A DNA stretch of 63,983 nucleotides, counting the filler, from Octopus bimaculoides (lineage: Eukaryota), in assembly GCF_001194135.2 (NCBI RefSeq). It is 6 parts of 6 records of this genome, joined end to end, with 100 filler letters (N's around TTAATTAATTAA, not from the genome) between each part and the next. Parts side by side here need not be neighbours in the genome. Positions count along the whole stretch, not along the records: positions 1 to 26,529 come from NC_069002.1; 5 more parts are not named here. One strand, written 5' to 3'. The translations under genes were made by a program, and so were the position numbers. Below are positions 1 to 13,812 of this stretch, piece after piece (positions within the stretch are counted from its first letter, which is position 1; the number at the start of each line of letters is the position of its first letter). The notes under the pieces were generated by a model that was not told where the DNA came from, did not search any database, and was given only the letters and a program-made list of their open reading frames with translations.

Positions 1-21
1 TATATATATATATATATATAT

Positions 22-333
22 TCATAATACAAATAATATGCAAGTATATGCATATATACGTACATGTATGTACATACCTACATCTACATGTATATATAGA
101 TGCATATCTGGGTACAGGACAGCATTCAGTATATATATTTTTTCCTCGTCTAGCCTAACAGCCCTTCTTGTTTGTTTCACTGTTTCATCTTCCCTGTCGT
201 GTTTTCTGTTTGCCACTTAATTCCTCCGCATCACAAATTTTACTTAATTTGCTTCGCGGGAAGAGATATTCAAACAATGCATCCTGCCCTAACTCTTCGA
301 AACGCTTCGTTTAGAATAGGGGCAGCTGATGAA
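22..333. mobile_element. Probable Penelope-like element (pLTR) fragment with an internal inversion and hammerhead-like motifs
   Basis: 22-125 is the reverse complement of ~63620-63720, while ~268-333 matches 63490-63552 in the same orientation. Contains TC-CTGCCCT (282-290) and GGGGCAG-CTGATGA (319-332). Confidence 0.45.
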
Positions 334-335
334 TT

Positions 336-649
336 TTTTAGTCAAATGAATCAACCCTGGTACTTATTTTTCATTAAGCCTGATACTTACAATATCAGTT
401 GCTTTTGCTGAACTGCTAAATTACAGGGACATAAACACACCGACACTGGTTGTCAAGTGGTGGTGGGAGGACAAACACAGACAACGATACTCACACATAG
501 AAATGTGTGTGTGTGTGTGTATTCACTAGGCCTTTGATCATCCCAAGGCTAGCAAAGAAGACACTTGACCAAAGTGCCACCCAGTGGGACTAAACCAAGG
601 AACATGTGGTGGGGAAGCAAGTTTCTTATCACAAAGCCATGCCTGCACC
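336..649 (-). mobile_element. tRNA-derived SINE, family 1 (degenerate)
   Basis: Homologous to copies at 10179-10560 and 52154-52445; remnant tRNA-like head near 649. Confidence 0.75.
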
Positions 650-682
650 TATATGTATAAGTTCATCACTTATGGACTCTAC

Positions 683-845
683 CTGTCCATAAGTAGCAAA
701 TTCAATCTGTTGCCTGGTTAAATGCCACCACCTGGCTTTTGGGTGCCTTTGGCGAAGTCCCCCATATTGCAAGCCTTCTGACCAAATTGCAGCAACGTGA
801 GTCATATTTTCTCCCACTTTTTCTTCCTACCCAGTCTAGAAGACC
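683..845 (-). CDS. Possible third exon of the candidate minus-strand membrane-protein gene (acceptor and frame uncertain)
   Basis: Acceptor tttgtag at 846, donor gtagag at 682, 73-nt intron to the 919-1062 exon. The in-phase reading stops after 14 codons. An alternative acceptor (tcttctag) or a 1-nt indel in an A5 run gives longer readings. Confidence 0.3.
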
Positions 846-918
846 CTACAAAGTTCATAAACACTAACCTTTCTCTTCTCACAGATACAAAATAAAATAA
901 ACAAAATCAATAACTTAC

Positions 919-1062
919 CTTCATTAGTGAAAGGGCTTTCACTATACTCTCTGTGTGTACTGGTCTCATCTAGTTTTTCTTGTGGTTTGCTACTAATCCA
1001 ATGGTTCTTTCCCAACTTAAAATCCAGCGGTGTTCTTATATGTATTTCAGACATGGTTAATT
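919..1062 (-). CDS. Candidate internal exon (144 nt, phase 1-1) of an unannotated minus-strand gene
   Basis: Acceptor ttatatttttcag, donor gaag|gtaagt. Single open frame (E)LTMSEIHIRTPLDFKLGKNHWISSKPQEKLDETSTHREYSESPFTNE; phase matches exon 15028-15227. Confidence 0.55.
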
Positions 1063-1504
1063 CTGAAAAATATAACAAATAAATGAAAGCATTAATTTTA
1101 CTATTATTTATTCTGGTTCATTACATTCTGAGTTCAAATCCCATCATGGTCAATTTTGTCTTTCATTTCTCAAAGGCCAATGAAATATGGTACCAGTCAA
1201 GTACCCATGTTTCCAGGAGTGAATTATTCAAACTCCAAGGAATTCCTCTTAACACGGCTATGATGCTCCCCAACTACTCCTGCTCATGATCAGAGATGCA
1301 CATATCATCAGCCACTAAGGGATATACTCAACTGGTTATGGTCAAGCAACTGACAAGCAAATCTGTGGTATTGAGCAGAATATTTGCTGTAGCCCATCTT
1401 TTATACCAAAACAAAACATGTACATGATAACACTTCCAATCAGTTAAGATCAGAAACCATGAGAGCCACTGCCTGGCATTGCATCAGAGCTATTATAATT
1501 ATTA

Positions 1505-1648
1505 TTATTATTCTGCTGAGGTCGACTTTGCCTTTCATCCTTTTGGGGTCGATAAATTAAGTACCAGTGAAACACTGGGGTTGATCTAATCAACTGGCCC
1601 CTCCCCCAAAATTTCAGGCCTTCTGCCTATAGTAGAAAGGATTATTAC

Positions 1649-1680
<32 letters not shown>

Positions 1681-1920
1681 CACTGAGGTCAACTTTACTT
1701 TTCATCCTTTTGGAGTCGATAAAATGAGTACCAGGTGAATACTGGGGTCAATGTAATCAACTCATCCCCTCCCCCAAAATTGCTGCCCTTGTGACAAAAT
1801 TCAAAGCTATTATGATTATTGTTATTCTGCTGAGGTTGATTTTGCCGTTCATCCTTTCTGGGTCAATAAATTAAGTACCAGTGAAACATTGGGGCCAATG
1901 AATCGACTAGTCCCCTCTCC
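1505..1920 (+). repeat. Tandem imperfect copies of the 3' half of SINE family 2, separated by (ATT)n
   Basis: At least 3 copies of ctgaggtcgactttgcctttcatccttt.ggggtcgataaattaagtaccagtg; the array runs into a gap. Confidence 0.75.
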
Positions 1921-2299
1921 NNNNNNNNNNNNNNNNNNNNNNNNNNNNNNNNNNNNNNNNNNNNNNNNNNNNNNNNNNNNNNNNNNNNNNNNNNNNNNNN
2001 NNNNNNNNNNNNNNNNNNNNNNNNNNNNNNNNNNNNNNNNNNNNNNNNNNNNNNNNNNNNNNNNNNNNNNNNNNNNNNNNNNNNNNNNNNNNNNNNNNNN
2101 NNNNNNNNNNNNNNNNNNNNNNNNNNNNNNNNNNNNNNNNNNNNNNNNNNNNNNNNNNNNNNNNNNNNNNNNNNNNNNNNNNNNNNNNNNNNNNNNNNNN
2201 NNNNNNNNNNNNNNNNNNNNNNNNNNNNNNNNNNNNNNNNNNNNNNNNNNNNNNNNNNNNNNNNNNNNNNNNNNNNNNNNNNNNNNNNNNNNNNNNNNN

Positions 2300-2350
<51 letters not shown>

Positions 2351-2484
2351 TATATATACTTATATATGTACATGTATATACATATGTACACATATATTTA
2401 CATATATACATATATATTTACATATATACATACATATACATATATATACATATACATACATATATACATATATTTATATACAAT

Positions 2485-2667
2485 GATCCCTTCTAGGGGC
2501 CCTATTATCGATTTTTTTTCAACAACCTAAGTATGCCATGAGGTTTCCAGACATGAGTCTACTCACGTGTCAAGTTTCATCAAAATCGATAAAATTATGT
2601 AGGAGGAGTTAGCTAACAACTCCACAAACACATCCACAGACAGAATTTCCCACCTGTGTAGTAGATA
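2485..2667. mobile_element. Short non-autonomous repeat, possibly Helentron/HINE-like
   Basis: Motifs aagtttcatcaaaatcg...gtaggaggagtt...acagacag...tagtagat, flanked by (TA)n-type repeats. Classification is from motif recollection only. Confidence 0.3.
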
Positions 2668-2872
2668 CACATATACATATATATATATATGTACCTACAT
2701 ACATATATATATTTATATATATATTTCATTTACATTTTATCTAGTTTCAGCTCATGAGCTGTGGCCATGCTGNNNNNNNNNNNNNNNNNNNNNNNNNNNN
2801 NNNNNNNNNNNNNNNNNNNNNNNNNNNNNNNNNNNNNNNNNNNNNNNNNNNNNNNNNNNNNNNNNNNNNNNN

Positions 2873-3118
2873 TGGACAGATAGACGATACAAAGGCGGAC
2901 AAGAGAAACAACAATTAGAAGGCCAGGCAAAAAAAGACAGGTCATTCGTGGACTTCTTTCCTCAGTCAAGTACCAGAAGTCATGACTGTTTCAGGCAGTT
3001 ACACTCGAGATGGTTTGATCTGGTTGCTCCCAAAATGCCACAAATGACCCGTCTTTTTTTGCCTGTCCTTCTAATTGCTGTTTCTCTTGCCCGCCTTTGC
3101 ATCGTCTATCTGTCTGAA
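2873..3118. repeat. Imperfect ~75-bp inverted repeat with ~90-bp spacer
   Basis: 2873-2950 is the reverse complement of ~3040-3118. The ORF track shows near-identical peptides (LFLP.LLI.VSL.RLCIVYLS) on opposite strands. Confidence 0.8.
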
Positions 3119-5516
3119 TGTTTTATCACCCTCTATTGCGTTTTTGTTCCATTTATATACTTATATAATCTTATAGCAGCATACGTACACACTTGTCCTC
3201 ATCTTAAAGTCGGTATGTATCTAAATTTTGTACGTCTCTTACTCTATCTTTTAGTCCCCCTCTTACTTTCTTCCTTCTTTTTCTCTCTCACATTTCTTGG
3301 CCCCCCCCCCCTCTTTCTTTCACTCCCACCATTTCCCACTCGTTTATCTCCATTGTACCTTTCTCTTTGTCTCTGATTTTTTCCTAATCCTTCAATCCTG
3401 CTTCCTCCTACCCATCTCTCCTCCTTCTACGTGACCGGTGTCTGGCCAACCATGATCTTTCTTTCTTGGCCTGACTGCTGACCACCAACATCTCTTATGT
3501 CCATCTCCTATGCTCCAGCCTTTAGGCTTTCACTTCATACACACCAGCTCAATTGGATCCGTTCTCAGTCAAAAGACACCTCTTGTTATTTTCTTGTTGC
3601 TTGTATTCGTAATTGTGTACCATGTTTTGTTTTTGTCTTTTTGTGCACCACGTTCTCTATTTTTCTTGTTAGTACAATTATAATTTTTTTTACTATTAAC
3701 CTCATCTTTAGAGATAAAAAAAATAAGTTCTATATTTAAGAACTTCCACAGCTGTTAGTGCCACAGCGTTTCATGTCGACGTATGGGCTTGAGTAACGAG
3801 TTCACTCACAGACATCTTGTCGTTGCCTGGCAACTGTTAGAGCTGCACCAATCTCGTCGGGGTACGATTCATAGCAGTACCACCTTTTCCAGGCTTTTCC
3901 CTGTATATCCAGAAAGTGTGGTCAACCTCTGAATTTCTGCTGCATACACATCCACCTAGCCTTTCCTACATTGACAAACACAGTGAAAAGGCTTGCGGTA
4001 TGGGGAAAAAAACGTAGCTTACCTACCTCTCAGATCCTGTCGTAATGTCAATCCTTTCCAGACAATATACATCCGTGAGTGAACGACCCACCTAAACTCT
4101 GACCAGAACCTAGCAGCAAATTTCCTGACCTCATGTGGCCATCACGCTCATCCCTAACGACAGTCCCAAAGCAAAAGAGGCTCATGCTAGTCATTCTTTG
4201 GCTTATGTGATCTCCCTCGCCCCTGTCCTTCCAGCAAGGCCCCCTCGTTTGTTCGTGTGATGTTACTGACCCTACACTTCCAGCAAGGCTCCCAGTCCCA
4301 AAAGCAACAATAGTAACATCAACAAGTTTCTCTCAAGCTCAAAAAAAACTTTAAAAGGAGTTGCTATGTGGTTGCTAAATCTGCAAGAAATAACAGTTAA
4401 ATCCTTTTCGTTTCACACCCTAAGGAAGGACACTTTGAATCGTGTCATCCTAAATACACTAAATCTAAAAATGATATGATGGCCTTGGATGGATCGCCTA
4501 TGGCTGTAATTGTACTGGTTCAATATTACCCCTCTCAAAATATATACTATATCAACGATTCTCTGAACAAATACCAGTACTCCATCTCTCCCTTTATTAA
4601 TATGAAAATACCAGTACACCATCTCCCCCTTTATTAATACAAAAATAAAGAGTTTACATCCACTTAATTTTTCGTTCGCCATGATGTAGGTCAAGTTTAA
4701 AAGGTTTTAAGTCATTTTGATTTTAAACACAACTTCCCCGCTACTTTTTGACTCATCAATGCCGGACTCGCATGACAAACACTGCACTAAATAAAATACC
4801 ACCATTAAATGATTTGTATTAAATATTGCCATGAATCACCCAACCTAACCTCGTATTATACATTCCTCTAGGAACTTCTCTCAAACACATTTGTCTCAAG
4901 AGCGTTTATAACTTGATATTAACTTTCTCATTACCATGTTTCAACTGAAATACACTGCCTTAGTTTCAATTAATTTTGAAAATAATGAAGAATTTAATAA
5001 CTTTGTCATTATTAAGCTTGTATTTGGAACATAGATTGTCGTGGAAGTTTAACGGAAGGTTTTACTTTAGATCACTTTTAAAAAAGCACGTTTGTATCAG
5101 AGGACCAAGGATAGTCTCAGTCAAATTAGTATCAATAAGTTCTCATCTGTCTCCCATCATGGAGGTGTTAGAAAGGCCTGAATCCACTATCGAGGGATTA
5201 GAAAAACCCATATCTCATTAGAATTAGAAAAGTAAGAGATTTTAGTTTCCATGAGAATCTTCCTACGATGCTTCAGCTACAATGAAAACTACAATTATTT
5301 CCTTCAAGAAACTTCGAAGAAGCCTTTAGACCAGGTCTTCGAACGAAGAAGAAAGCTATCCACTGCGGACGAAATTTTGCCTACATTTCAATTTGAAAGC
5401 GTTAACTGAAGTTTAAAAAAAAAAAACCCAACATGGAAAAATTGAAGATCAAACCATATATTACACGAATAGCTATGAGGAAAGACAGTGTTTAAGGTTA
5501 GGATTAGGGCTTATAT

Positions 5517-5630
5517 AAAGTTATCTAATGCCATGGGAAGGAAAAGGGACACGATTGAATAATAGGTGGGGGACAAAAATGTAATTATTCAATTGTGTCC
5601 CTTCTCCTTCCCACGGTATTAGATAACTTT
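5517..5630. repeat. Fold-back element / MITE-like palindrome
   Basis: 47-bp arms (5517-5563, 5584-5630) with 4 transition mismatches and a 20-nt loop. Confidence 0.8.
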
Positions 5631-6964
5631 TCCAAAACTGTGCCAAAATATCTCTGAATTTGTAAAATCTAGGATTCATTCCCAGATATAGATTATAACG
5701 AGAGTGGTGATAACTTATTGTATACAGTGATCGGGTGCACTACAATTCATTGGAAAGGGTAAAAATAGGGAGAAAGCAGCCTTAAGTCAAGTGAAGAAGA
5801 CACAGCAAAGATGAGCAGAGGTACTTCCATAGTTACACATGATAAAACAGAAAATGTGAACATTAAGAGGAAAAGCTGCAGAAGCATGTCAGGATTTATG
5901 TTGACGAATTTTGGGAAGGAACTTGACACCCCTCGCATCTTCATAAGATTTGCAATTTACCCTTGTTACCTTTTTTTAAAGTATCCCACCAGTACTACGC
6001 GATCGCTCATCCTGCTTGGTAGAAACAGCAGTCAAATTTCTTTTGTCAAACCACACAACATAATCATTTTAAAAAGTCGAACATCAGATGGGATTAGATA
6101 ATCTGAGCCGTATTTATGTCTAAGGTAAAAAAAAAAAAGGGATAGACATGGTCGGAATGCTTTTGATAACAAATTTGTTGGACCTGGGTTTACTTATTAC
6201 TAAAGACCGCCAACGATAAATAAAATTTATGTCCCATTGACACTCGTTGATTTTGCCCCACAACCCTTTATTCTTAAATACGACCAATCACACAAACACA
6301 CAAAAGAAAATAAATGACAAACCAAACAAAACATAAGAATAAGGAGTACATACTTTTCAAAGCGAAACTGCGTCAATAATTGTTACCGTTTCCTTTTTAA
6401 ATGCACGAGTCTTTCTAATTTCAAAATAAGAGTTTCCTTGACGAAAACTTTTTTGCTTAGCGCTGTTTGTTGCTAGGCCAAACAACGAAGAAACTTTTTA
6501 TACACATTACTTCTGTTATTTTAAATCAACTTCTGTAGTAGAAACCACTTTCAAAACAACAAACTTTCTTTAATCTCTTCTTAATCTGTCTCTCCCCACG
6601 CCTTCGGTCTTCATCAATCTATCTATCTATCTGCCTTAGTCTGTCTTTTTCCCTCTATCTTTCTCTTATGTACTTCTTGTCCCTTCCACCCGACTTATAT
6701 ATCAACCTCTCTATCTTTCAAACACACACACACTCTCTCTCTCTAAAACTATCTTTATCTAGTTATGTCTTTTTCTCCTTTCTCCCAATCTTTCATTTCT
6801 CTCTGTCTCTCTCTCTAGCTATTTATCTCTCTCTTAAGCTGTCTCTCTGACTTATATAATCTTTTTGTCTCTTTCTCTCTCTCTTTTTCTTTGTCTGTCT
6901 GTCTGTCTGTCTTTCTCAATCCATTTTTATCTTTTATAATTTTTCTGGTAATTTTTTATATAAA

Positions 6965-7147
6965 CACCCGCACGATTTTCACTGAAGAAAAGAAAGAAAA
7001 AAAACTCGGATTTCAAGTAATGCTGCAAATCCCTTATTTTGGTTCGGAAATAAGGGATTTGCATAATATTAGGAAGTCAGGGTACTTGATTCCACGCAAA
7101 AAAAAAACCGAGTTTTTTTTCCTGTCTTAGTGAAAACCGTGCGGGTG
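6965..7147. mobile_element. MITE with long TIRs, piggyBac-like TTAA flank
   Basis: cacccgcacg.ttttcact...ctcgg at both ends in inverted orientation. TTAA at 7148-7151 and TAAA at 6961-6964. Internal 14-bp hairpin gcaaatcccttatt/aataagggatttgc. A related right end lies at ~14500-14590. Confidence 0.6.
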
Positions 7148-7624
7148 TTAATATAAAAATTTACTGTTTTTCTTGACTTTTTTCCCCCAACATATCTTTC
7201 TTTGCTCTCTCTCTACCTATCTCTCTATCTATCTCTCTATCTATCTCTCCCTTAATCAGCCTTTCTCCTCTTTTCTCCCTCTCTTTCTCTCACACATACA
7301 CACACCAATATTTTTCCTATCCCTCTAAAACAGTGTTTCCAAACTCTTCCGGTTAGTGACGCATTTTAAACATACATAATTTAGCGACACACCAATTAAG
7401 TTTTATGCAAACCTAACGTTAATATTGATATTTTAACATGATCTACCATGGCCATATGATGCTGATGCATAAATTAATTTTAATAGCGGAACACATTAAG
7501 AAAACCTTTCATTTATATTTGTAAATAATTTGTTAGCAAAATAAAATACATTTTCAAGAGAAAGATCAGTGAGTTATCATTTATCGATGATATTCTGTAA
7601 ATATGTGCAAGGATTAATAAAAAA

Positions 7625-9347
<1,723 letters not shown>

Positions 9348-9379
9348 TTTATGGGTAATTTAATTACAATTTACGAATA

Positions 9380-9936
9380 AGGATCTTTTTTAAAACGGGG
9401 GCCACATTTTTCATTAATGTTTTACGTAGTGTTTTTGGTACCGAAAGACTTTCAAACTTCGTATACTTATCTATTTTGTGTTATAAAACAGAAAAATATT
9501 TTTGTATTCGAATTTATTTCATGTAAAAAATTGTCTTATTTCGATAATTTCAACCAATCACTGACAAGTATTCAGTTGTTTATATTTACTCCTTTGGCTG
9601 ATTAAGCGGTGTAAAGCGTATTTAATTTCCATAGCTTCGTTTTTCTTTTTTCTTTTTAAATTTGCTGTTTTACCCTAACCCTATCACCGATAGAATTGTT
9701 TCAGAATCGTTTGTTTATGTAGTCGGCACTTCATGTATATCGGTTGAATGGACGTCAGTGATTGATTGAAATTACAGAAATACGACAAATTTAACATGGA
9801 ATAACTTAGGGATTTCTTTATTTTTAAAGAAGACTAAGAGAAAAAGATGTTTTATATGACACATTCTACCAGTGTTCCAAGTTTCAAAGTGTTACGTTAA
9901 TGAAAAATGTGGCCCCCGTTTTAAAAAAGACCCTGG
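9380..9936. mobile_element. Tc1/mariner-type MITE nested in the hAT 5' region
   Basis: ~35-bp TIRs ttttttaaaacgggggccacatttttcattaa / ttaatgaaaaatgtggcccccgttttaaaaaa. TA at 9937-9938; left terminus slightly degenerate. Confidence 0.8.
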
Positions 9937-10178
9937 TATTGAGTATTTTATGTATTGGTTTCCGGTACGTTCGCGACACACCTACACCCTGCTAGCGGCA
10001 CACTAATGTGTGGCGGCAGTTTGGAAAACACTGCTCTAAAACTATATATCTATTTAGTTATATTTCTTTCTATCCCTTTCTCCCAAACTTTCTTTTTACC
10101 ACTCTCTCTTCTCCATTTCTTTTTCTCTATCTGTTTCTTTGCATGTCTTTCTTTCCCTGCCTATCAAATTCTTTTACT

Positions 10179-10560
10179 TGTTTCAGTCATTTGACTGCGG
10201 CCATGCTGGAGCACCGCCTTTAGTCGAACAAATCGACCCCAGGACTTAGTCTTTGTAAGCCTAGTACTTATTCTATCGGTGTCTTTTGCCGAACCTCTAA
10301 GTTACGAGGACGTACACACTAGCATCAGTTGTCAAGCGATGGTGGTGGGGATACAAACAGAGACACACAAGCATATACACATAGAGACATATATGTACGA
10401 CAGGCTTCTTTCAGTTTCCGTCTACCAAAACCACTCACAAGGCTTTGGTTGGCCAGAGGCTATAGTAGAAGACACTTGCCCATGGTGTCACTCAGTGGGA
10501 CTGAACCTGGAACCACGTGGTTGGTAAGCAAGCTACTTACGACACAGCCACTCCTGCACT
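10179..10560 (-). mobile_element. tRNA-derived SINE, family 1
   Basis: Minus-strand head GGAGTGGCTGTGTCGTAAG (A box) and GGTTCAGTCCC (B box); body shared with several other copies. Confidence 0.85.
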
Positions 10561-10689
10561 TAAGTGCAAACTTTTTAAAAATTTATTTCGATCAATTTAT
10601 TAATCTGTTCTCATCTCTCAGAGAGAGAGAGAGAGAGAGAGATCAGGAATGAAGACAGAAACAGGTGCACTACTACAAAGGAAATACAT

Positions 10690-13200
10690 GGTTACCCAAC
10701 CTAAAGGAAGTGCAGGTCTCCTCAAGAACTTCATATCACCAGACATTTCAGTCCATTGTCAATTCCTCCATGAGGCCCAACATCCTGAGATTCGTCCTTA
10801 CCACTTCATTCCATGTTTTCCTGAGTCTCCCTCTTCCATGGATACCATCCACTTTCAGTGATTAGCACTTCTTCATGCAGCTGCCCTCGTTCATATGCAT
10901 CACATGTCTAAACCAACATAGTCTTCTCTCTTGCATGCTACATTTGAATCTGCTTCAATACATTTGCACTTTGCCATACATGTGCACTGATGTTGCACAT
11001 CTAATGGAGCATACTACCTTCATTTTTCTCCAGTGTATGCATGTCTTCTGCATTCAGAGCCCATGTCTCACTACCATGGAGTACAGCCATTCACACACAA
11101 GCATCATAATATAGTCTACCTTTCACTCTGAGAGAGAGAGAGTCCTTTTGTTGCCAACAGAAGTATTAGCTCTCTGAACTTCCTCCACCCAATTCTTATT
11201 CTAGAAACAATACTTTCAGAGCATCCTCCACCATTGCAAATTTGGTCTCCTAGGTAACAGAAACCATCTACAACCTCAAGAGAGCCTCCTGAGCATTTGG
11301 GAGAATCTAAGTTCCATGTCTCTTAGTGCTTACTATTCCTACACATCTGCTACATACAGGTTTTATCTGTTAATCTGCCTGTGTTTCCACTGCATCTCTT
11401 ATGTGTCCATAGTTTACACTGGGTGCAGCAAATGGAATTTCTCCCAGCTCCTTTCTTATATATTTAGCAGGGCCATTTATCTGGCAGAAAGAGAGTTTTA
11501 TCTTCTTTATTACTAACAACAACTTTGGTCTTAGCTAGGTTAACTTTAAGGACCTTTGATTCCAGGTTTTGTTTCCAAATCTAGAATTTCTCTCCAGTTC
11601 TGCTAAAGATTCTGCAATAAGAGCAATGTCATCAGCATATAGCAGTTACCATGGGCACCCAGTTTTGAATTCCTCTGTTATGGCATGGAGGACTATAATG
11701 AATAAGAGTGGGCTGAGAACTGATCCCTGGTTAACCCCTGCCTCTACGCTAAATTCATCACTGTATTTATGGCCATCTCTCACCTTAATGACAGCACCAC
11801 TGTACATGGCTTGTACAGATCTAACAAGCCACTCTTCTACTCCTAACTTTCTTATAGACCACCACATAATAGAGCGGGGAATTCTGTTGAAAGCTTTCTC
11901 CAGGTCGATGAAGGCTAAATATAAAGGCTTACTTTTGACCAAGTACTTTTCCAGCAGCTGTCTCACTAGGAATGGCATCTGTGGTATTCTTCCCGGATAC
12001 AAAACAAAACTGCATTTCATCTAGTTTAATTCTACTTCTAATCAATTGAGCTATAACCCTCTCAGTAACTTTCATGACTTGGTCTAACAATTGAATACCT
12101 CTGTAGTTGTTTCTATCTAAGGCATCACGTTTACCCTTGTAGCAGCTGACTATAATACTACTACACCAGTCATTGGGGATGGTGCTTTCCTAAATAATCT
12201 GATTAACTATACAGGTGACTAAGCAGTATCCTACACCAATGGAAATTTTAATCATCTCAGCATTTATTCCCAATTCCTCGGAGTCTTTCCCTGCCTTCAT
12301 GTTCTTAATTACCTTATCTATTATGCTGCTATCAACTCTGATTGTTAGTCCCTCAATTGGTTCAATATTTGGTAGACTCTCCTTCTCCCATTCATTTTCT
12401 ACATTTAGTAACTCTTCACCTGGGAAAGACTTTGCATTTTTAAGCATCCATCTGTCTCATTACCTGGTGAGGAGTTAGTCAATCTGGCTTATGTGCTCAC
12501 CAGACTGATAAATGGTTAGGTGGCTGGCTGTTTTTTTGAAGTTAGTATTGCAGATCATAAGATCATTTGCATCACAGAACTCCCCATTTGTAGGTCCAAA
12601 ACCATAGCCTCCATGCATTCCCTGGAATTCATAGGGGTGCTGTTCAACATGTCCATTAAAGTCACCAACCACAATAACAAAGTCTCTGTCATTTGTTATT
12701 GACGTGGTCTGCAAAAGGATTTCATAGAATTGGTTCTTCTGCTCATCAGTCATCCCAGACTGAAGAGCATAGGCAAAAGATAAATATAACTGTTAATTTA
12801 CCGATGATAAGTCTCATCTTTATTACCCTGTCACATATTCCAACTACCTCAATTACCTTATATACTCACTTTTCTTCGAACAGTATGCCAACTCCACCCA
12901 CTCCATCCTTCTTGCCAACCCAGAAGAATTTGAACCTCTGTCTCTTATCCATGTGGAATCTAGCTGATGTTCCCCTCCGTCTTACTTCTTGCACACCACA
13001 CACATCAACATGGTGTTGCTCTAACATTTCAGTAATCTCCCCACTCCTTCCTTTCATTGTACCAACATTGATGGAAGCAACCCTGAGACAGAGTGCTTGG
13101 GAGTGGAGGCAATAAGGTAGTTGTAGAAATTTTGTCATCACCTGAAACGAAGAAGATCTGTGAAAACGCTTACCAGCTATCATACAGCTTTGATACATAG
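10690..13200 (-). mobile_element. RTE-clade LINE, decayed and internally deleted (APE endonuclease + RT)
   Basis: LRVASINVGTMKGRS...VDVCGVQEVR..G (APE N-terminus); VGDFNGHV; FIDLEKAF.RIPR; GV.QGSVLSPLLF; LLYADD; C-terminal RRL.WF.HV. Confidence 0.9.
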
Positions 13201-13781
13201 TTTATTCAGTGAATTACAACGAATCACACTTTACCCACCTCATCGAACATCTAGAGCAAGAGCCAACAAGTGAGTATGAGAATAGGGTGGTTACATAGGA
13301 CAGTTTAAGTATTATATATATCTAAATATTTATAGATGAGTTACTTCTAACTGTATATGACACTCATAAGGACGCTTGTATGAGGGTATAAGGGTGTATA
13401 AGGGTATACACAAAATATACATACACCTCACAGGAAGCGTCTGAACTGCCAGGTGAAATTGTTTATGTACAAATTAAAATGGTAGTGGGGGGAGGGTGTT
13501 CAGGCACAATGGGTGTGCAAAATGGATGTTGAGCACAGGCCTTGTGCAAACTAAGTTTTATGCACCACATAGCTAGATGGGATCAGAAGAAAAGGTGCAA
13601 TATTTGATAATAATAATTATTATTATCATTAAAATATTAATAATAAATTGATATTCATGTACATTTTAATCATTAAAGCATTTTACAACAGGAGTAAGAA
13701 CCTGGCTGAAATTGAAATGAAATTACATATGGCCTTGGCAACTAGATATTGAAAGAAATGGGGGAATTCTAGATTCATTGA

Positions 13782-13812
<31 letters not shown>

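Noticed and set aside
1849-2530. Long ORFs rich in X/Y/I here and at other gaps or microsatellites
   Set aside because: Produced by N runs and (TA)n/(CA)n repeats.
3740-4330. Penelope GIY-YIG endonuclease remnant
   Set aside because: Only scattered residues across frames; no convincing motif.
4400-5260. Coding region or transposase remnant, with a 36-bp tandem duplication at ~4569-4640
   Set aside because: All frames are interrupted and no family motif was recognised.
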